This document shows, one piece after another, positions 1 to 10,210 of a DNA stretch of 64,000 nt. Below the pieces are notes generated by a model, which saw nothing but the letters and a program-made list of their open reading frames with translations, was not told the DNA's origin and searched no databases. A program made the position numbers and the translations under genes. Origin of the DNA: an uncultured Desulfosarcina sp. (GTDB lineage: Bacteria > Desulfobacterota > Desulfobacteria > Desulfobacterales > Desulfosarcinaceae); the NCBI GenBank assembly GCA_963674945.2, contig CAXXWQ010000004.1:2048001-2112000 (forward strand), in the 5' to 3' direction. Position 1 is the first letter of the stretch, and every line of letters starts with the position of its first letter.

Positions 1-193
1 CCCCGATATGCCGCCGTGACAATTAGATCGACACTTTCCCGGTCCGACTTTAGTATTTTTTTCATTGTCTTTCAATTTCCTGCCCGGAGCGTCCGGATTT
101 ACGCTCCCTAACCGGCTGTTACAGCAGACGGCCACCCTGTTCTGGCACGTCCACCGGTAACTGCCATTTCACACAACCAGGAGGAGGAACGAA

Positions 194-1747
194 ATGAAAC
201 GATGCCTTTTGTTCGCCCTGATGCTTTCCGTGTTGTTCGGTTTTGGCACCACCGTCGGCGCCGTGACCCTTACGGTGGGGTTGGACGCCGATCCGGTCAG
301 CCTGGATCCCCATGTGCAGCTATCCGGTGGGATGCTTCAATACTCCCATTGGGTGTTCGACCCGTTGGTCCGCTACAGGCAAGACATGTCCATCGAACCT
401 CGTCTGGCCACCCGCTGGGAACGCATCGACCCGTTGACCATGCGGTTTACCCTTCGGCAAGGGGTCAAATTCCACAGCGGCAACACTTTTTCGGCCAAGG
501 ATGTAAAATTCACCCTGCTCCGACTGAAAAAGAGCGTGGACTTCAAAGGTCTCTTCGAACTCTTCACCGAACCGGTAATCGTCGATCCGTACACGATCGA
601 TATCAAAACCAAAAAGCCTTACGCCCTCCTGCTTCGCATGTGCACCTACATCTTTCCCATGGACAGTGAATTTTACTCCGGCACCGACGAGACCGGCCAA
701 CCCAAGGATGCCATCGTCAAGATCGGTCCCTCATTTGCCCTGACCAACGAATCCGGCACCGGTCCTTTCCGGGTCACCCAAAGGGAACATGGGGTCAAAA
801 TGACCTTCGATCGTTTCGCCGATTACTGGGACGAAGGCTCGCCGGGCAACGTGGACCGCATGGTGTTAACGCCCATCAAAGAGGATGCCACCCGCGTAGC
901 GGCCCTGCTCTCCGGAGATGTGGACTTCATCTCGCCGGTACCGCCCCAGGATTTTAAACGGATCGAAAAAGACCAAAAGGTGAACCTGTTTACCTACCCC
1001 GGTGGGCGCATCATCACCGTCCAGCTCAACCAGAAGCGGCTGCCGGCCTTCCGGGTGAAGAAGGTCCGTCAGGCCATCGTTTATGCCGTCAATAACGAAG
1101 GCATCGTAAAGAAGATCATGAAGGGAACCGCCACGCTCGCCGGACAGCAGAGCCCCAAAGGCTACGCCGGCTACAACCCCAATTGCGTGCCCCGCTACGA
1201 TCTGAAAAAGGCGAAGGAACTGATGAAAGAGGCAGGATTCGAAAGCGGGTTTTCCTGCACCATGATCGCCCCCAACAACCGGTACGTCAACGACGAAAAG
1301 ATCGCCGAAGCCGTGGTGGGTATGCTGGCCAAAATCAACATCAAGGTCAACTTGAAGACCATGCCCAAGGCCCAGTATTGGGATGAGTTCGACGCCCAGG
1401 TGGCTGACATCCAGATGATCGGCTGGCATTCCGACACCGAGGATTCGGGTAATTTTTCCGAATTTCTGGTCATGTGTCCCAACAAGGAGACCGGATACGG
1501 TCAGTACAATTCGGGCAACTATTGTAATCCGGAAGTGGATCGGCTGACCCTTGCCGCACAAAGCGAGACCGATCTTGCCAAACGAAGTGAAATGCTGCAG
1601 CAGATCGAGCAGATCCTTTACGATGACGCGGCATTCGTTCCCTTCCACTGGCAAAACCACAGCTATGGCGCCAAGAAAAACGTGGATGTCGCCCCTGTCA
1701 TCAATACCATGAACTTTCCCTATTTTGGCGATATCGTAGTCAAATAG
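194..1747 (+). CDS. dppA: Dipeptide/oligopeptide ABC transporter substrate-binding protein (SBP family 5)
   Basis: Signal peptide; motifs DPVSLDP, LATRWE, LRQGVKFHSG, GTGPF; GGAGG RBS; first gene of a 5-gene ABC operon. Confidence 0.93.
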   Translation: MKRCLLFALMLSVLFGFGTTVGAVTLTVGLDADPVSLDPHVQLSGGMLQYSHWVFDPLVRYRQDMSIEPRLATRWERIDPLTMRFTLRQGVKFHSGNTFSAKDVKFTLLRLKKSVDFKGLFELFTEPVIVDPYTIDIKTKKPYALLLRMCTYIFPMDSEFYSGTDETGQPKDAIVKIGPSFALTNESGTGPFRVTQREHGVKMTFDRFADYWDEGSPGNVDRMVLTPIKEDATRVAALLSGDVDFISPVPPQDFKRIEKDQKVNLFTYPGGRIITVQLNQKRLPAFRVKKVRQAIVYAVNNEGIVKKIMKGTATLAGQQSPKGYAGYNPNCVPRYDLKKAKELMKEAGFESGFSCTMIAPNNRYVNDEKIAEAVVGMLAKINIKVNLKTMPKAQYWDEFDAQVADIQMIGWHSDTEDSGNFSEFLVMCPNKETGYGQYNSGNYCNPEVDRLTLAAQSETDLAKRSEMLQQIEQILYDDAAFVPFHWQNHSYGAKKNVDVAPVINTMNFPYFGDIVVK

Positions 1748-1774
1748 TGTATGTGCCGCAACGGGTGAAGCCGA

Positions 1775-2749
1775 ATGTTTGCCTTTGTCGTCAGACGCAT
1801 CATCCAAGCCCTCTTCGTCATGCTGATCATCAGCCTGGTGGGCTTTTCCATTAAAAACGAAATTGGCGACCCCGTTCGCGACATGGTGGGCGAACGGGTT
1901 ACGCCGGCCGAAAGAGAGGCCCTGCGGGATAAGCTGGGCCTCAACGATCCCTTTTTCACCCAGTACCTGCGATTCGCCAAAAACGCCGCCATGGGGGATC
2001 TGGGGCTCTCCTTCTTTCACAAGAAGCCGGCCCTTTCGGTGATCGCCGCCAAGGCACCGGCCACCATCGAACTTGTACTGGGAGCGGCCCTGATCATTGT
2101 CCTCGTCTCCCTTCCCATCGGTGTCTTTTCGGCCATCTACCCCAACAGTGGTTTTTCCCGATTCACCATGGCCTTTTCCACTTTGGGGGTCTCCATACCG
2201 GTTTTTCTCACCGCCATCGTTCTGATCTTCATCTTTTCCGTTGAACTGAACTGGCTTCCCTCCTATGGGCGTGGCGAGACGGTGGCCATCGGTGGATGGG
2301 AAACGGGCCTTTTAACCGCCGATGGCATCAAGCACTTGATCTTGCCCAGTATTTCCCTGGCATCCATCATGCTCCCCCTCTTCATCCGCTTGATCCGGTC
2401 TGAAATGATGGAGGTGCTGGAAACCGAATATATCAAATTTGCCTGGGCCAAGGGGCTCGTGAAGCGGCGCATCTGGTTTGTCCATGCCCTGAAAAATACG
2501 CTCTTGCCGGTAATCACCGTCTTTGGCGTTCAAATCGGCATCATGTTCGCCTTCACCATTCTCACCGAAACGGTATTTCAATGGCAGGGAATGGGATTCA
2601 TGTTCTTAGAGGCCGTCGAACGTTCTGACATCTCGTTGCTGGTGGCCTATCTGATGGTGGTGGGCGCCGTTTTCGTCGTGGTCAACACCGTGGTGGACAT
2701 CGTTTACGGGCTGGTGAATCCAACAATCCGGATTGCGGGGAGAAAATGA
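1775..2749 (+). CDS. dppB: Peptide ABC transporter permease (DppB/OppB type)
   Basis: Multi-TM; GDP..., LGLNDP..QY, EYIKFAWAKG (EAA loop), TETVFQWQGMG. Confidence 0.93.
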   Translation: MFAFVVRRIIQALFVMLIISLVGFSIKNEIGDPVRDMVGERVTPAEREALRDKLGLNDPFFTQYLRFAKNAAMGDLGLSFFHKKPALSVIAAKAPATIELVLGAALIIVLVSLPIGVFSAIYPNSGFSRFTMAFSTLGVSIPVFLTAIVLIFIFSVELNWLPSYGRGETVAIGGWETGLLTADGIKHLILPSISLASIMLPLFIRLIRSEMMEVLETEYIKFAWAKGLVKRRIWFVHALKNTLLPVITVFGVQIGIMFAFTILTETVFQWQGMGFMFLEAVERSDISLLVAYLMVVGAVFVVVNTVVDIVYGLVNPTIRIAGRK

Positions 2750-3666
2750 AGCGGGCCCTGCGACGATTCGCAAATTCCTATCTGTTCTTCAGCTTCCGGC
2801 AGGACAAAACGGCGATTTTCAGCTTCGCAACGCTGTCGCTCCTCTTGCTGGTGGGCCTGCTGGCGCCTGTGGTCTCGCCATACGATCCCTATGACCCGGC
2901 CAACATCGACATCATGAATTCGGAAATGCCGCCGGCCTGGTCGGAGGAAGGCGAAACGGCCTTCTTGCTGGGAACCGATATCCAGGGAAGAGACCTTCTC
3001 AGTACCATGATCTACGGGTTGCGGCTCTCGATTCTCATCGGTTGCGGGGCGGTGATTCTCCAGGGGGTACTCGGTGTAATCGTAGGCCTCTTGGCCGGCT
3101 ATCTGGGGGGGAAGATCGATGCGGTGCTCATGCGCATCGCCGACATCCAGCTCTCCCTGCCCTATCTGATGGTGGCCATTTTCATCAGCGCCATTTTCCA
3201 GGTGGCCTTCGGTATCGGTCGATACGAGGAGTTGGCCGTTCCTTTGCTGATCGTCATTATCGGCCTGGCCGAATGGCCGGTCTACGCCCGCACCGTCAGG
3301 GCATCGGTCATGGGAGAAAAACGCAAGGAGTACGTGGAGGCGGCCCGGGTGATCGGGTTGAGTCGCTGGCGGATCATGTTTCGTCACGTACTGCCCAACA
3401 CCATGACATCGGTACTGGTCATCTCCACCATCCAGGTGGCCAACGCCATCATGAGCGAGGCGGCCCTCTCCTTCTTGGGCTTGGGCATGCCGGTGACCAA
3501 GCCCTCTCTGGGATCTTTGATCCGGTCCGGCTTCGAGTATATCTTCTCCGGCTCCTGGTGGATCACACTGTTTCCGGGGATATTTTTGGTATTGTTGGTA
3601 CTGGTTATCAACCTCTTGGGAGACTGGCTCAGGGATGTACTCAATCCCAAGCTGTACAAGGGATGA
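2746..3666 (+). CDS. dppC: Peptide ABC transporter permease (DppC/OppC type)
   Basis: LLGTDIQGRD, EYVEAARVIG, HVLPN, SFLGLG, NLLGDWLRD; ATGA overlap with the upstream gene. Confidence 0.93.
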   Translation: MKRALRRFANSYLFFSFRQDKTAIFSFATLSLLLLVGLLAPVVSPYDPYDPANIDIMNSEMPPAWSEEGETAFLLGTDIQGRDLLSTMIYGLRLSILIGCGAVILQGVLGVIVGLLAGYLGGKIDAVLMRIADIQLSLPYLMVAIFISAIFQVAFGIGRYEELAVPLLIVIIGLAEWPVYARTVRASVMGEKRKEYVEAARVIGLSRWRIMFRHVLPNTMTSVLVISTIQVANAIMSEAALSFLGLGMPVTKPSLGSLIRSGFEYIFSGSWWITLFPGIFLVLLVLVINLLGDWLRDVLNPKLYKG

Positions 3667-3672
3667 CAATTC

Positions 3673-4641
3673 ATGCCGCATCTTCTGGAAGTCGAAAATC
3701 TGGAAGTACAATTCGCCCTTCGCACCGGCCATCTGACCGCCATCGACGGCATCGGATTTCACCTGGATCAGGGTGAACGCATGGGGCTGGTGGGGGAAAG
3801 CGGTGCCGGCAAGTCGGTCACCGGTTTTGCCATTATCAACCTCATCGGCAAACCGGGGTTCATCTCCGGCGGACGGGTGATGTTCGACGGGCAGAACCTG
3901 GCGGCCCTTTCCGATGAAGTGATGCGAAAGATCCGAGGCAACCGGATCAGTATGATCTTTCAGGATCCCATGATGACCCTTAATCCGGTGTTGACCATCG
4001 GCACCCAGATGACCGAAACCCTCATGGCCCACCGTCGGCTATCCCGGACCGAGGCCGAGGCCGTGGCCCTGGAGAAGTTGAAACAGGTCCAGATTCCTTC
4101 ACCGGAAAAACGCCTGGCCCAGTATCCCCATGAGTTCTCCGGTGGGATGCGCCAGCGGATCGTCATCGCCATCGCCTTGATTACCGCCCCCAGGATCATC
4201 ATCGCCGACGAACCCACCACGGCCCTGGACGTGACCATTCAGGCCGAAATCATGGATCTGTTACAGCGGCTTTGCGAATCTGAGAATACGGGGCTGATTC
4301 TCATCACACACGATCTGGGTGTCGTCTCTCAGGTCACAGAGAAAATCGCCGTCATGTACGCCGGAAAAATCGTGGAATCTGGCCCGACGGACGAAGTGAT
4401 CCATCGTCCCCGGCACCCCTACACCCAGGGATTGATCAAAGCACTGCCCGGCAGCATGGTGCCGGGATCCCGCCTGAATCAGATCCCGGGAATGATGCCG
4501 ACCCTGACGGACATTCCGGTGGGATGTGCCTTCAATCCACGGTGCGATCTCTGCGATGAAATCTGCCGGCGACAGGTACCGCCACTGCTTCCCGTAAAGA
4601 ATAGTGAATGCAAGGTGGCCTGTCACATGGTAAACGAATAA
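3673..4641 (+). CDS. dppD: Peptide ABC transporter ATP-binding protein
   Basis: Walker A GESGAGKS, SGGMRQR, DEPTTALD, HPYT, C-terminal GCAFNPRC...ACH. Confidence 0.94.
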   Translation: MPHLLEVENLEVQFALRTGHLTAIDGIGFHLDQGERMGLVGESGAGKSVTGFAIINLIGKPGFISGGRVMFDGQNLAALSDEVMRKIRGNRISMIFQDPMMTLNPVLTIGTQMTETLMAHRRLSRTEAEAVALEKLKQVQIPSPEKRLAQYPHEFSGGMRQRIVIAIALITAPRIIIADEPTTALDVTIQAEIMDLLQRLCESENTGLILITHDLGVVSQVTEKIAVMYAGKIVESGPTDEVIHRPRHPYTQGLIKALPGSMVPGSRLNQIPGMMPTLTDIPVGCAFNPRCDLCDEICRRQVPPLLPVKNSECKVACHMVNE

Positions 4642-4683
4642 GATCGGGTTACCGATAAACAGGCTTACAATCGGAAACAGATC

Positions 4684-5727
4684 ATGAGGACCGAAAACAC
4701 AGGCACCAACCAGGAAAAACACCGACATCTGCTCCAACTCGACCGGGTCGTCAAACACTTCGACATCTCCGGCGGTCTGCTGGATCAGCTCCGGTTGGAG
4801 AAGGGAAGAATCGTACGGCAACGAACCACGGTCAAGGCGGTGAACCGGGTGAGTCTGACCATCGCCCCGGGAGAAACCCTCAGTGTCGTGGGGGAAAGTG
4901 GTTGCGGAAAATCGACCCTGGCCCGGACCACCATCGGCATCTATCCGCCGGACAGCGGCCAGGTCAGCTACCGGGGAGAACGCATCGACGACAAACATTC
5001 CCGTCAGATGCGCCCCTTTCGCAAAAAGATGCAGATGATCTTTCAAGACCCCTATGCTTCCCTGAATCCAAGGAAGACCGTGATGCAGACCCTCGAGGAA
5101 CCGGTGGTGTTCCACAATCGTGCCATTTCATCGAAACAGGTCAAACAGCGGGTAGCCGAGGTCATGTCCCAGGTCGGTGTGGATCCCAAGTGGGCCGGCC
5201 GGTACCCCCACGAATTCTCAGGGGGTCAGCGCCAGCGCATCAGCATCGCCAGGGCCCTGATGGTGGACCCTGAATTCATCGTCGCCGACGAACCCGTCTC
5301 TGCCCTGGACGTCTCCATCCAGGCACAGATTCTCAATCTGCTCATGGATGCCCAACAGCAGCGGGGCCTGACCTACATGTTCATCACCCACGATCTTTCG
5401 GTAGTCCAGCACATCAGCACCCGGGTAGCAGTCATGTACCTGGGAACCTTATGCGAACTCGCACCGGCCAAAGCCCTGTTTGAAAACCCGCAGCATCCCT
5501 ACACGCGGGCCCTTCTTTCCGCCATCCCCCAGCTGGGACGCAAGAAAAGCGCCCACATCAAGTTGAAAGGCGAGGTGCCTACGCCCATCAACCTTCCAAG
5601 CGGTTGTGTGTTTCACGGTCGCTGTATCCATGCAGACCGTCGATGCGTGGAAGACATTCCGGAAGAAAGAACCCTTGAGGATAAACGGATTGTGGCCTGT
5701 CATGGGATGGAGGAAGGACGAATATAG
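4684..5727 (+). CDS. dppF: Peptide ABC transporter ATP-binding protein
   Basis: GESGCGKST, SGGQRQR, DEPVSALD, HPYT, GCVFHGRC...VACH. Confidence 0.94.
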   Translation: MRTENTGTNQEKHRHLLQLDRVVKHFDISGGLLDQLRLEKGRIVRQRTTVKAVNRVSLTIAPGETLSVVGESGCGKSTLARTTIGIYPPDSGQVSYRGERIDDKHSRQMRPFRKKMQMIFQDPYASLNPRKTVMQTLEEPVVFHNRAISSKQVKQRVAEVMSQVGVDPKWAGRYPHEFSGGQRQRISIARALMVDPEFIVADEPVSALDVSIQAQILNLLMDAQQQRGLTYMFITHDLSVVQHISTRVAVMYLGTLCELAPAKALFENPQHPYTRALLSAIPQLGRKKSAHIKLKGEVPTPINLPSGCVFHGRCIHADRRCVEDIPEERTLEDKRIVACHGMEEGRI

Positions 5728-5772
5728 TTCCCCTTTCGGAAATGGCCAAATTGGCCATTTCCGAAAGGGGAA
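5728..5772. repeat. Perfect palindrome (22-bp arms), REP-like element and probable terminator between convergent genes
   Basis: TTCCCCTTTCGGAAATGGCCAA-A-TTGGCCATTTCCGAAAGGGGAA; the core recurs in degenerate form at 41627-41668. Confidence 0.8.
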
Positions 5773-5775
5773 AAG

Positions 5776-7458
5776 TTAAGCTCTCTTGTAGTTCGGTCCC
5801 TCGCCCCCTTCCGGACAGGTCCATGTGACATTGGAAAATGGGTCCTTGACGTCACAGGTCTTGCAATGCAGGCAGTTGGAAAAGTTAAGCTTGATGCCGT
5901 GGATGCCACGGCCGTTCTCGACAAGCTCCATTTCGTAAACATCCCCCGGACAAAACCGCGTGCAGGGACAACCATAGGTGGGATAACATTTTTCCACGCA
6001 GACCTTCTGGTCGTGGATGCGGACATGGCTGGGCTGGTCCTCCCGATGCAGCGTTCCGGAAAGATATACGCCGGTGAGTTTGTCCACCATGGCCGGATCA
6101 TCTTTGGGCGGCATTCCTGTCATATTTGCAGCCGGCTCGATTTGTTGTTCTGGACGTTTCATTGGTTTCAATGTGGTGGCATCATCCTTCGAGGAGATTC
6201 GGTCCACCAGTCCCTTTCCCTTGGTAAGGTGCTGGGCCGCCAGGTGAATCCATTTGATGGGTCCCTTCTTGGCCAGGGCCTGGGCGAAATTGCGCCCTTC
6301 CATGAGTTCCGCACCGGCCCAACTTGCTTTCAGCCGCCTTGAATAGTCGGACAGGACTTGGACGTCGGTTTTTCCCCCCTTCAGCGCATCCATGGCGGTC
6401 TCCGCGGCCAGCATGCCGGACTTCATCGCCAGGTGGATGCCCTTGATGGCAGGTGCATTGTGCATGGCGGCGCCGTTTCCGGTGAAAAGAGCCCCATCCA
6501 CGGCAAGCTGTGGCATGGTGTACCAGCCGCCGGTGGATACGGCGCGGGCACCCTGCTCCACCACCTTGCCCCCTTGGATGATCTCTTGAATCATGGGGTG
6601 GCCTTTGAACCGCATGAATGTATCGTAGATATCCAACGCCGGATCCTCGTACCCCAGGGCGACCAAGAATCCCAAAGCGATCTGATTGCCGGCCATTTCG
6701 TAGACGAAACCCCCGCCCGGGGTGTCCAGACCCAATGGAAAACCCAGGGTGTGAATGTCGTTGAAGGAGCTGTTGGAAAAAAAATGATCCTCGGGCAGTT
6801 GGATCACCTCCTTGATCCCTGTTTCGAACAGTTCCGGGAGCCGGTCTCTGCGAATGGGAAGTTTTCCGGAAAGAGACTTGATGAGACTGCCCCGCGCCCC
6901 TTCGCCCAGGATGGTGACCTTGGCCAGAAGATCGATGCCCGGCTCGAAGTTGGCTTTGGGCGTACCGTCCTTGTCCAGCCCCTTGTCACCGGTTCGCACC
7001 CCCGTCACCGTCCGGCCGTCGTCTGCCAGCAGGATCTCTTTGCCATCGAAGCCCGGAAAGACATTGACGCCCATCTCTTCCGCCTTTTCACCCAGCCATC
7101 GGCATACTTTGGAAAGACTGACGATGGGAAACCCCGTGTTGTGCATTGTACGGGGCACCCATGGCAATTTGAAACCACGATGTCTTGTCAGAAAAAACAT
7201 CCCATCTTCCCGTACTGTCTGCTCGATGGGAAAGCCTTGCTGCAGGTAATCCGGATATAGCTCGGAAATGGCGGCAGGATTCATGATCGCACCACTGATG
7301 GCGTGGGCACCGATGGTGGACCCTTTATCGATGAGCGCGACTTCCAGTTCCTGGCCACTTTCCTCGGCCAGTTGCATCAATCGGATGGCACCGGCCAGAT
7401 TGGCGGGCCCACCGCCGACAAAAAGCACATCAAATTCAATGGTTTCATGTGTAGTCAT
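5776..7458 (-). CDS. Electron transfer flavoprotein:quinone oxidoreductase (FixC/FixX-like, with 4Fe-4S domain)
   Basis: N-terminal FAD motif VGGGPANL, GAHAISGA, KGIHLAMKSGMLAAE; C-terminal CP..VYE and NCLHCKTCDVKDP; start set at the ATG after GAGGT RBS. Confidence 0.92.
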   Translation of the reverse strand: MTTHETIEFDVLFVGGGPANLAGAIRLMQLAEESGQELEVALIDKGSTIGAHAISGAIMNPAAISELYPDYLQQGFPIEQTVREDGMFFLTRHRGFKLPWVPRTMHNTGFPIVSLSKVCRWLGEKAEEMGVNVFPGFDGKEILLADDGRTVTGVRTGDKGLDKDGTPKANFEPGIDLLAKVTILGEGARGSLIKSLSGKLPIRRDRLPELFETGIKEVIQLPEDHFFSNSSFNDIHTLGFPLGLDTPGGGFVYEMAGNQIALGFLVALGYEDPALDIYDTFMRFKGHPMIQEIIQGGKVVEQGARAVSTGGWYTMPQLAVDGALFTGNGAAMHNAPAIKGIHLAMKSGMLAAETAMDALKGGKTDVQVLSDYSRRLKASWAGAELMEGRNFAQALAKKGPIKWIHLAAQHLTKGKGLVDRISSKDDATTLKPMKRPEQQIEPAANMTGMPPKDDPAMVDKLTGVYLSGTLHREDQPSHVRIHDQKVCVEKCYPTYGCPCTRFCPGDVYEMELVENGRGIHGIKLNFSNCLHCKTCDVKDPFSNVTWTCPEGGEGPNYKRA

Positions 7459-7772
7459 AAATTTCACCTCGAGTTCATCGGGTTACACGAACGGCAAAAA
7501 TCGGAAAACACAAAGCCTCAACTTTCGGGATTCGGTTTCCGCTTGGGACGATTCCCGTAAGTCGAGATAAATCGGAACAAAAGAAATTGAAGCGTTCAGA
7601 TAGCCTGATTTACCATGAATTACAAGTGCCTGCCCATGAAAATCACCAACCACCCTCACAGCAGGTGGTTTGATGAAACGTCGCCGAATGGGACGGAAAA
7701 CCAGAAAATCGCTGTTTTTATCTTAAAATCCGAATGAAAAAAACATCTATAATTGTTCGACGTTTACAATTG

Positions 7773-9458
7773 CTACGATATCGTCTGTTCGTCTGTAAAG
7801 GCTTCATGGTAAAGTGTCGCCTGTTCGTCCAGAATTTCCTTGAGAATATCCATGGTGGTAAGGGGATTCATGATCACGCAACGCAGGACAACCATCCCGT
7901 TTTTTCTGTTCATTACCGGAAAGAGTGTCGTCCGGGACACGAAGCTCTTTCCGTTTTCCCGTTGGCGACGCTGAATAAGAATGTTGATTCGGTTCAGTCG
8001 ATCCGCTCTCCGTTTTTCCTCCTGAGCACAAAGGTTTTCATCTTTTTGGCACCCTTGTTCCGGATTGATTCGGTAGGTGAGGATGTTCAGTTCCGGTACC
8101 GTTATCAGTTCGAAAAGAGATCGCCGTTCGATCTCTTCGGCAAACTGCCGGGCGGTTTCGATGCCATGGTCGATGAGAAGCGCATACCCTTTCTGCCCCA
8201 TGATCTTCAATGCACTGTCCAGGATCAGTGAGTTGGCCTCACGGGAGCCGGGAAGGGACTTGATCCCCAAATCGACGGAACCCGGCCGGTTGATGTAGTT
8301 GGCGTGGTAGGCGACGGCATCCATGGCCCGTGGGTCTTTGAAAAAGATCATTCCGCAACTCATGGGCATATACAGCTGCTTGTGCCCATCGATGCTCACG
8401 GAATCGGCCCGGGAAATGCCGTCGAGCAGATGCCGGTACTTGTCGGACATGAGTGTCGGCCCCCCCCATACCGCATCCACATGAAAATGGATGTTGCGCT
8501 GCCGGCAAATCTCGCCCAGGGCAACGAGTGGATCGACACTTCCCGTCTCCGTGGTTCCGGCGATTCCCACAATGGCCATGACCCGCGTCGGGACGTCGCC
8601 CGTTTCCAGTTGATCCAATGTTCGTTGCAGCAGTGTCAGGTCGATTCGATTGTTTTCATCCACATCCACGGGAAGGATGTTGCTATTGCCAATACCCAAT
8701 AGCCCGCCCGCCTTTTTCAGCGAGTAGTGGGCCAGACGGGAGACCAATACCACGCACCGCTGGATCCCATGGGCGGCAAATGCCGCATGCAGCCCCTCCT
8801 GCTCGATACCGGAAAAACCGGAACACGGGCTCAACAGTCGGTTTCTTGCCACCCACAGGGCCGTGATGTTGGCCATTGTCCCGTCTTCCACGAAGCTTCC
8901 CAGTGTTGTCTCCACGTGTTGCACGTGTTCATCGTAAAAGGTCTTGGGGAACTGGAATACCAGTCGATGAATCTTGGCCAGCACCTGTTTTTCGATAATG
9001 GAAACCACCTTGGATGTCTCGAGCTTCACCGTATTCTGGTTCAAGGCCGCCGTGATGGTTTTCAGATGAACCATGAAAAAGGGAATGGCGCCGGTCATGT
9101 GTCCGACGAAATAGGGGGAGGCCACATTGACGGCATGGGGGGCGATATTTTCGATCAGATCGGTGATGACATCCGCCAGCTTTTTCTGGGGCCTGTCGTT
9201 GATGACCGTGTCGGTGAAGCGCATGGCCAACTCCTTGAGGCTTGCCTCTTCGGTGATGCCCACATGGTCGCCCAGAAATTTGTGGAGACCGAAAAGGATC
9301 TGCTCCATGTACTTGACCAGGGTGGTGCGGGTGGATTCATTTTCCGGATGGATATAGGTGCGCATGAGCGCCTGCCAGTCGGCGACGAGACGGGAACCCG
9401 GTCCGGAAGTGTCGTTTTGGTTCATTTGCCGTATGCCCGTTTTCTGTACGATTTCCAA
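7773..9458 (-). CDS. panP: PLP-dependent group II decarboxylase, PanP-like aspartate 1-decarboxylase
   Basis: FVGHMT, LNQNTVKLETSK, GTMANITALWVARN, HYSLKKA, GTTETGSVDPL, HVDAVWGG, DGHKQLY (PLP Lys); start may be 9425. Confidence 0.82.
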   Translation of the reverse strand: MEIVQKTGIRQMNQNDTSGPGSRLVADWQALMRTYIHPENESTRTTLVKYMEQILFGLHKFLGDHVGITEEASLKELAMRFTDTVINDRPQKKLADVITDLIENIAPHAVNVASPYFVGHMTGAIPFFMVHLKTITAALNQNTVKLETSKVVSIIEKQVLAKIHRLVFQFPKTFYDEHVQHVETTLGSFVEDGTMANITALWVARNRLLSPCSGFSGIEQEGLHAAFAAHGIQRCVVLVSRLAHYSLKKAGGLLGIGNSNILPVDVDENNRIDLTLLQRTLDQLETGDVPTRVMAIVGIAGTTETGSVDPLVALGEICRQRNIHFHVDAVWGGPTLMSDKYRHLLDGISRADSVSIDGHKQLYMPMSCGMIFFKDPRAMDAVAYHANYINRPGSVDLGIKSLPGSREANSLILDSALKIMGQKGYALLIDHGIETARQFAEEIERRSLFELITVPELNILTYRINPEQGCQKDENLCAQEEKRRADRLNRINILIQRRQRENGKSFVSRTTLFPVMNRKNGMVVLRCVIMNPLTTMDILKEILDEQATLYHEAFTDEQTIS

Positions 9459-9629
9459 AAATTACCAATTATGCTTTTTTTTAAAATGTTGTCAACCGAT
9501 CCCATGGAATCTTAAAGGGTGATCGCATGTAGATTTGATAGAGGGCATAGGCTTTCCCTGCTGAACACGGGGAAGGTGGGTGCAAGTGCCTATCGTGCGC
9601 TGACGTGCCTAGAATTAATGTATTCTGCC

Positions 9630-9806
9630 TTTTTATATGAAACAGCGGCAAAAATCCGTGCGGAATCAGAAGCTATAGGTAAACCTATCGGGCCTTATGA
9701 CATATCGATCGCCGGCACTGCAGTCAGTTCAAATTGTGTATTGGTAACTCATAATACAAAAGAATTTTCTAGAGTAAAAAATTTGAACATCGAGGATTGG
9801 TATTGA
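9630..9806 (+). pseudogene. vapC: C-terminal fragment of a VapC/PIN-domain toxin
   Basis: AAKIRAESEAIGKPIGPYDISIAGTA...LVTHNTKEFSRVKNLNIEDW is a VapC C-terminus; the N-terminal LDTN motif and the antitoxin are absent. Confidence 0.75.
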
Positions 9807-9903
9807 ACGAATTTTCGTTTAGTTTATAAGAACCATAGCGAACATTTTCTTGTTCCACCGTTTCTTAAAGACGTAAAGAAATCTTTAAAGGATTTTAACA
9901 CCG

Positions 9904-10146
9904 ATGACTCCCGAAGATCGGATGAACCTTGAAAACGCCGTTCAGGAAAAAACGGATGATGGGGGTAACCGATGGCATAAGGTGTATTCTGGAGGCGGTT
10001 CCCACTTCCGGAACTGGCTTGACCAAATCAAGGAAATTTACGGAGAGGAAAATGTGGAGATTGAAGAAGTGAATTCCAACGGCTTACGGTGTTACACGGA
10101 GAGTGGTGAAAAAATGTACCGAATATGGGCGAAACAAAAAAAATAA
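9904..10146 (+). CDS. Small hypothetical protein (80 aa)
   Basis: Protein-like ORF with RWHKVYSGGGSHFRNWLDQ and C-Y...GEKMYRIW; followed by a terminator hairpin. Confidence 0.65.
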   Translation: MTPEDRMNLENAVQEKTDDGGNRWHKVYSGGGSHFRNWLDQIKEIYGEENVEIEEVNSNGLRCYTESGEKMYRIWAKQKK

Positions 10147-10158
10147 AGGCGAAAATAA

Positions 10159-10187
10159 AAAGGGCCGCCGGATTCCGGCAGCCCTTT
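10159..10187. terminator. Probable bidirectional intrinsic terminator
   Basis: AAAGGGCCGCCGG-ATT-CCGGCAGCCCTTT between convergent genes. Confidence 0.75.
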
Positions 10188-10210
10188 CAATAAATCCGTT
10201 ACGATTCGAA

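Noticed and set aside
866..4032. Long antisense ORFs (866-2020, 2704-4032, and similar elsewhere)
   Set aside because: Shadows of well-supported genes in GC-rich codon usage.
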